Positions 7,204 to 14,487 of a stretch of DNA of 14,487 nucleotides are shown here, piece after piece. Both the position numbers and the translations under genes were made by a program. Within the stretch, counting starts at the first letter, position 1. The number at the start of each line of letters is the position of its first letter. Origin of the DNA: an uncultured bacterium (GTDB lineage Bacteria > Hydrogenedentota > Hydrogenedentia > Hydrogenedentales > JAEUWI01); contig CAXBPH010000176.1 in NCBI GenBank assembly GCA_963977445.1, forward strand, positions 1 to 14,487, written 5' to 3'. Under the pieces are notes generated by a model that made no database searches, had not been told where the DNA came from, and saw only the letters and a program-made list of their open reading frames with translations.

Positions 7204-9440
7204 TCTATCGGGGCTCCCAACAACGTCATCATCTTCTTTTTGTCCGTTGTGGGCAGGTTACAGGCGAAATTCTTACAGACATAGGCCGTCGCTTTGCCAT
7301 CGATAGTTTTTTGGCCTTCCGTGTAGGGCGCGATGGCGGAAATTGGCGGGGCCTCTTCCCCATCGGGGCGCAATAGAACCACTTTGTTGGGCAGGAATGG
7401 GTGATTCAGTGCGGACTTCAAGACGATTATCCCGGGCGAGTCATTTGTTCCCGCAAGTACAATTTCGTGAGACGGGCCCACGGCGAAATCCAGTCCCAGA
7501 AGGGCCACAGCAAATCCGGCGGGATTGTTGGCCATGGCTCCGCCGAATGCCGTTACGGTCTTGTTGGCCTGATCCGAGAATCGGGTGTCGCCGGTTATGC
7601 GGCTGAGGCGTATGAGATTGTAGATAGCCACGGAATTGCCCGAGGGAATGGCACCGTCATAGGCCGACTTGGGGCGCACGATGAGCTTTTCTCCGTCGTC
7701 GGCGGTCATGAAAAAGCCCCCACCCGCTTCATCGGCGAAATGGGAGGTCGTAATATCCTGGAGCGCCAGGGCCGCCTGCAGATAGTTTACATCGAAGGTT
7801 GCCTCATAGAGTTCAAGCAGGCCCCAGGTAAGAAAGGTGTAATCCTCCAGATGTGCCGGAATTCCCGCATGGTTGTTGCGAAAGCGGTGCAACAGACGGC
7901 CATCGGGGGTGCGCATCCGGTCCAGCAGAAAGTCTGCCGCTTTTACGGCGGCCATCTTGTAACCCGTGTTATCGAAGGCCAGGCTGGCCTTGGCCAGGGC
8001 CGCAATCATGAGTCCGTTCCAGTCGGTGAGGACTTTGTCGTCCTTATAGGGATGAACCCGTTTCTCACGGGCCATGAAGAGGGCGATTCGACTTTCTTCC
8101 AGTTCCGACGTGAGTGCGGTCAGCGTTACACCCCGTTCCTGGGCGACGGCGTCCAGTTGGGTACTCAGATGGGGAATGTTGGTGTGATTGGCCTTCCCCT
8201 CTTCCCAGTTTCCGTCCTCGTCGAAGTTATAAACAGCAGCATAGGTGTCTGCCTTTTCTTTTCCCAAGACCTCGTCCAATTCGGCTTGGGTCCAGACATA
8301 GAATTTCCCCTCCTCCCCCTCGCTGTCGGCGTCCTCCGCCGAATAGAAGCCCCCGGACGGGGATGTCATCGTGCTGAGGACGTAGAGAAGGATCTCTTCG
8401 GCGGTCTTCCGATAAAAGGGGTTGCCCGTGGCCTGATAGGCCTCCACGTAGGCCATCGTGAGGAGGGCCTGGTCGTAAAGCATCTTTTCGAAGTGCGGCA
8501 CGAGCCAGTCGGCGTCTACGGAATACCGATGAAAACCAAAGCCCACGTGGTCATACACACCACCCAGCCGCATCTCGGTCAGCGTCTTTTCGACCATGGC
8601 CAGGGCCTGGGCGTCGCCGGTTCGTTTCCAATGACGCAAGAGAAACATAAGACGGTGGGGTGTGGGGAATTTTGGTGCCTCACCAAAGCCGCCCCGGGCG
8701 GCGTCGAAGGTCTTTTCGTGTTGTACGTAGGCCTGATTCAGGAGCGTTTCCGGATCCACTTCCCCCGGTGAACCCCCACTATGTTCCGCCAGAAAGGCCG
8801 TAATGCCTTTTCCTGCCTCGGTAAACTTTTCGGGGGTTTCGCGGTACGCTTCGTTTATTCGGGGGAGCATTTCCATCAGGCCCGGACGCCCGAATTTACT
8901 TAGTTTCGGGAAATAGGTTCCGGCAAAAACTGGGGTCTTGTCGGGCAACAGAATGACCGTCATGGGCCAGCCCCCACTGCCGGTCATGGCCTGGGTGACG
9001 GTCATGTAAATCTCATCGAGATCGGGGCGTTCTTCCCGGTCTACTTTTATGGAGACATAGTTCTCGTTCATCAGCGCAGCAACTTCGGGGTCCTCAAAAG
9101 ACTCGTGCTCCATGACATGGCACCAGTGGCAGGTGGAGTACCCAATAGACAGGAAGACCAATTTGCCCTCGGCGGCAGCTTTTTCAAAGGGGGCGTCGCC
9201 CCAGGGATACCAGTTAACGGGATTCCGGGCGTGCTGAAGCAAATAGGGACTGTGCTCGAAGATGAGCCGATTGAAGTCGTCTCCCCCATCAGTAGGCAGG
9301 GCGGCGATTTCTTCCTGCGAAGGCAGGGCTACGCGCGTTTCTTCAGCAGAGGCGAGCAACGGGGTAAGTAAACACGCTATCCCCATGGGAAAAAGCCAGG
9401 TAGCCAATCGGCGGTAACGAAATGAATTGAATCGATGCAT
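7200..9440 (-). CDS. YyaL/SSP411 (DUF255) thioredoxin-domain protein with alpha/alpha-barrel domain
   Basis: [83 protein letters not shown]. Signal-peptide-like N terminus. Confidence 0.93.
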   Translation of the reverse strand: MHRFNSFRYRRLATWLFPMGIACLLTPLLASAEETRVALPSQEEIAALPTDGGDDFNRLIFEHSPYLLQHARNPVNWYPWGDAPFEKAAAEGKLVFLSIGYSTCHWCHVMEHESFEDPEVAALMNENYVSIKVDREERPDLDEIYMTVTQAMTGSGGWPMTVILLPDKTPVFAGTYFPKLSKFGRPGLMEMLPRINEAYRETPEKFTEAGKGITAFLAEHSGGSPGEVDPETLLNQAYVQHEKTFDAARGGFGEAPKFPTPHRLMFLLRHWKRTGDAQALAMVEKTLTEMRLGGVYDHVGFGFHRYSVDADWLVPHFEKMLYDQALLTMAYVEAYQATGNPFYRKTAEEILLYVLSTMTSPSGGFYSAEDADSEGEEGKFYVWTQAELDEVLGKEKADTYAAVYNFDEDGNWEEGKANHTNIPHLSTQLDAVAQERGVTLTALTSELEESRIALFMAREKRVHPYKDDKVLTDWNGLMIAALAKASLAFDNTGYKMAAVKAADFLLDRMRTPDGRLLHRFRNNHAGIPAHLEDYTFLTWGLLELYEATFDVNYLQAALALQDITTSHFADEAGGGFFMTADDGEKLIVRPKSAYDGAIPSGNSVAIYNLIRLSRITGDTRFSDQANKTVTAFGGAMANNPAGFAVALLGLDFAVGPSHEIVLAGTNDSPGIIVLKSALNHPFLPNKVVLLRPDGEEAPPISAIAPYTEGQKTIDGKATAYVCKNFACNLPTTDKKKMMTLLGAPIE

Positions 9441-9781
9441 AATAGGTACTCCAGCCAGGTCACTCCGATATGCAAATCGGGAAGGTCGAATGTGCTCATG
9501 GTAGCACAGGGCGCAGAGGGCGGGAAATGCCTGGCGGACAACAGTCTGTCGAAGTGCAGGATGAAAAACTATCGAAATCCCAACGTTGTTCTAATCTGCG
9601 GGCGCTACGCTTTTACGTGAAATACTTTACAGGCAAGCTGGCGGAACTTTTCTGTCGCGCGGGATGAACTGTGCTATTATGGCCTCCTCAGGGAGACCTC
9701 TGAGACGTCGGGAATCAGGGTTTTAAATTGGAATAACGTGCGCAAGAGCTTTCCCAGGTATAAACTTCAGGAGAAACGGTC

Positions 9782-10084
9782 ATGGCTGCAAAAAAGAATG
9801 AACTTCAAAAGATCCTCGAATTGGCGGGTGAATTCGTAACCAAGCGCGAAGGTGTTTGGGACCACGGTGAGTGGGAATCTTTCCTGAAAAAGGTAGACAA
9901 GATAGGCGGCGTCATTGATGACGAGGGTAAACGGAATCTGGGCAATATCCTGGAGGCGTCCAAGTTTCTCTTTCACCGCTCGGAAGACGCCGGTGAGCCT
10001 AAACCAGCCAAGTCCAAAGCTAAGGCGAAGGCTAAGGCCAAGCCAAAGGCCGTGACAAAAAAGAAGGCTGCGGCCAAAAAGTAG
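9782..10084 (+). CDS. Hypothetical protein with Lys/Ala-rich (histone H1-like) C-terminal tail
   Basis: AGGAG RBS; ~65 aa helical-looking domain, then PKPAKSKAKAKAKAKPKAVTKKKAAAKK. Followed by a terminator. Confidence 0.8.
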   Translation: MAAKKNELQKILELAGEFVTKREGVWDHGEWESFLKKVDKIGGVIDDEGKRNLGNILEASKFLFHRSEDAGEPKPAKSKAKAKAKAKPKAVTKKKAAAKK

Positions 10085-10106
10085 TAATACCGATATTTTA
10101 ACGTGC

Positions 10107-10148
10107 CGGTGGACGGTGATGCGCTTGTGGTCACGTCCACCGTTTTTT
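10107..10148 (+). terminator. Rho-independent terminator
   Basis: CGGTGGAC..GTGA / TCAC GTCCACCG stem followed by TTTTTT. Confidence 0.7.
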
Positions 10149-10190
10149 ATTTTTGTCGAATGATATTACGAAAGAGGAGAAATTTTTACC

Positions 10191-11249
10191 ATGAATCCCC
10201 CACGGCTTCGCTCCCTTGTTCTTTTCTTTCTTCTTGCCGCGATGACGACAGGTTTCGCTGTCGGCGCAGATGCCGTCTTGGCGTCGGCCCCGGAAGGCAC
10301 CTTTAGTGTGGTGGTTATTCCCGACACCCAGGGCTACCGGGGACTGGGTACCAAAGCGGAGCCCGATAGCGTAGCGTCCATTGTTAATCCTGTTTTTGAA
10401 GCCCATACGCGTTGGATTGCGGAGAATCTTGCGTCACAGCGTATCGCCTTTGTGAGTCATGTGGGCGATATTGTGGACAAGAACGTCGATGGCCAATGGG
10501 CGGTGGCGAAGCAACACATGGATGTACTCCATGGCAAGGTGCCTTATGGCATCGTGGTGGGTAATCACGACATGACGGGCGAAGGTGATTCGTCCCTGTT
10601 TCAAAAATACTTTCCCGCAGAGCGCTTTGCCGGATTCGATTGGTATGGCGGTAGTTTTGAGGGCGATTTGGAACGTCCGGGCCATTCGGGAAACAATGCC
10701 AACAGTTATCAATTGTTTTCCGCAGAAGGCGTGGACTTCATCATCCTCCACCTCGAGTGCAATGCGCCGGACAATGTGGTGGCTTGGGCCAATGGATTGC
10801 TTGGCGAACATGCAAATCGCAAGGCCATCATCAGCACGCACATGGATCTGGGGCCGCTGCACAGGCCCAAGAACAACGCCGGATACGTGTCCGATCCCAA
10901 GGGTCGGATGGCGTGGAAGAAATGCCACCGCGACCGGGGCAACACGCCCGAGCAACTGTGGGACAAGCTCTATAGCAAACACGCCAACCTCATCATGGTC
11001 TGTTCCGGTGATCAGAGCCGCACGTCGGCCTTGTATCTCCCGCGTAAGGGCGATAACGGCAACGTGGTTCATGGCTTGTTGAGTGACTACACCTCTTCGG
11101 GACCACTACGGATCTATCGCTTCACGCCGGCGGAGAATACAATCCAGGTGATTAGCTATGACACGACGCTGGATGAAGTTATTGAGGAAAGTCGTTATGT
11201 GCCGCGGCGGGAAAATCACCAGTTTGTGATTGAAGCGGAATTGCGGTAG
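10191..11249 (+). CDS. Secreted calcineurin-like metallophosphoesterase
   Basis: Signal peptide; motifs PDTQ, HVGDIVD, GNHD, STH, CSGD. GAGG RBS. Confidence 0.88.
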   Translation: MNPPRLRSLVLFFLLAAMTTGFAVGADAVLASAPEGTFSVVVIPDTQGYRGLGTKAEPDSVASIVNPVFEAHTRWIAENLASQRIAFVSHVGDIVDKNVDGQWAVAKQHMDVLHGKVPYGIVVGNHDMTGEGDSSLFQKYFPAERFAGFDWYGGSFEGDLERPGHSGNNANSYQLFSAEGVDFIILHLECNAPDNVVAWANGLLGEHANRKAIISTHMDLGPLHRPKNNAGYVSDPKGRMAWKKCHRDRGNTPEQLWDKLYSKHANLIMVCSGDQSRTSALYLPRKGDNGNVVHGLLSDYTSSGPLRIYRFTPAENTIQVISYDTTLDEVIEESRYVPRRENHQFVIEAELR

Positions 11250-11253
11250 AGCC

Positions 11254-11425
11254 GGGGACTGCATCGCCCCCACTCGCCATGTGAATGGTGTGGCTGCGGG
11301 GACTGCACCGACCCTCGGGGGGACGGCCCCGACTATTACGTTTAATTTCGTGGGGCTGTTAGTCTTTGGCACCACGCCATGTTACTTGCTTCAAGACGTG
11401 GCGATGTCGGTGCAGTCCCCGGGGA
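11254..11425. repeat. Cluster 2 left block: module A (11254-11313) plus module B copy 1 (11311-11425)
   Basis: Perfect 16-bp inverted pair CGGGGACTGCACCGAC (11297-11312) / GTCGGTGCAGTCCCCG (11406-11421). Both modules recur at 11832-12210. Confidence 0.9.
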
Positions 11426-11517
11426 GTTTGTTGCAACGAAATTGGGAGCGAATATATCCCTCTGCGGTGTGGTAATCTAGATGTAGAGTTGCTCGTGTGT
11501 CGCAGCTTGGAGGTCGT

Positions 11518-11820
11518 ATGAGTCGCGCCAACTATTCCAACATACCCATTACCCCCAGGGAAGTGATGCGGGAAAAAATGCCACCTAGGCCGACGATCAT
11601 TAATGATGGTACGGCGTTGCTCCGGGATAATGTCTGTACCAACTGTGGAACAGGAAACAGACGTACCGCAGATCGATGTTTTCAATGTGACACATGGTTT
11701 CGCCCACGTCCCTCGCCCATGCGACAGAGTCTGCGGGAACTCACCGAAGTGAGCTGTTGGCATATGTGTATCGAGCTGCCGTTTTACGCGATTTGGGCTG
11801 TGTTTCGGTGTTTTATATAG
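11518..11820 (+). CDS. Small zinc-ribbon protein with hydrophobic C terminus
   Basis: GGAGG RBS (11509-11513) before the ATG at 11518. CTNCGTGNRRTADRCFQC (CxxC-x10-CxxC); C-terminal LPFYAIWAVFRCFI. Fills the unique gap between repeat blocks. Confidence 0.65.
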   Translation: MSRANYSNIPITPREVMREKMPPRPTIINDGTALLRDNVCTNCGTGNRRTADRCFQCDTWFRPRPSPMRQSLRELTEVSCWHMCIELPFYAIWAVFRCFI

Positions 11821-11831
11821 AGATGGGGTTT

Positions 11832-12210
11832 GGGGACTGCATCGGCCCCGATCGCCGCGTGAATGGTGTGGCTGCGGGGACTGCACCGACCTCGCCCACG
11901 AGAGGCGGCAACACCCACTTCGTGACCAGAAAAGCGCACCCACCCCACCAAAGGGCTATACGACAGTCGGGGCCGTCCCCCGGAGGGCCAATTCACCCTC
12001 GGGGGGACGGCCCCGACTATTAACGTTCAATTTCGTGGGTCTGTTCGTCTTTGGCACCACGCCATGTTACTTGCTTCAAGACATGGCGATGTCGGTGCAG
12101 TCCCCGGGGACGGCCCCGGCAGTTGACGTTTAATTTCGTGGGAGTGTTGGTCTTTGGCACCACGCCATGTTGCTTTCTTCAAGACGTGGCGATGTCGGTG
12201 GAGTCCCCGG
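11832..12210. repeat. Cluster 2 right block: module A copy 2, inverted B head, module B copies 2 and 3
   Basis: A at 11832-11891; 23-bp hairpin arms at 11965-11987 and 11996-12018; B at 11995-12110 and 12106-12210, joined at palindrome GTCCCCGGGGAC (12100-12111). Confidence 0.9.
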
Positions 12211-12244
12211 TGTCCCTGACAGGAAACCCGCTCGCCGTCACACG

Positions 12245-12283
12245 AAAAACGCCCCGATTCAGCCGCAGGGCCAAATCGGGGCG
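12245..12283 (-). terminator. Rho-independent terminator of thiC
   Basis: CGCCCCGATT / AATCGGGGCG 10-bp stem; A5 on + gives a U-tract on the minus strand, just downstream of the thiC stop. Confidence 0.7.
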
Positions 12284-12311
12284 AAAAATAATTATAGTGG
12301 AATACCCGCGC

Positions 12312-14393
<2,082 letters not shown>

Positions 14394-14487
14394 TCAATGG
14401 TACGGCCCGTTGGTCTTGATTCACGTGGCCTGTTGGCAAGCCCCCTGTCTTTGGTCCAGGGCTTATGAGAGTTTCTATGGTTTTGGG

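Noticed and set aside
7401..8771. 456-aa plus-strand ORF (likewise 2117..3073, 5220..5948, 10434..11072)
   Set aside because: Antisense shadows of well-supported genes.
11254..12210. Possible CRISPR array or integron attC sites
   Set aside because: No unique equal-length spacers, no RYYYAAC...GTTRRRY boundaries recognised, and no cas or intI gene in the window.

Overview
GC-rich bacterial chromosomal window. It opens with the 3' half of a tRNA-Pro(GGG) gene (probable att-site remnant) and a terminator, followed by an orphan phage minor-head (MuF-like) small ORF and a nested cluster of palindromic REP-like repeats. Next come a secreted ADP-ribosylglycohydrolase-family gene (-) and a probable sulfur-related module (+): DUF2892/YgaP-like membrane protein, Cys-rich Rrf2 regulator and SLC13/TrkA-C permease, with two copies of a 25-bp CCTA-N9-TAGG operator-like motif. 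These are followed by a yyaL-like/birA pair (-), a small protein with a Lys/Ala-rich tail, and a secreted metallophosphoesterase. A second, unrelated modular repeat cluster encloses a small zinc-ribbon gene, and the window ends with thiC (-), which has no recognisable TPP riboswitch in the sequence shown. The least-explained structures are the two repeat clusters, especially the one enclosing a gene like a cassette. All family calls come from motif recognition by eye; no searches were run.
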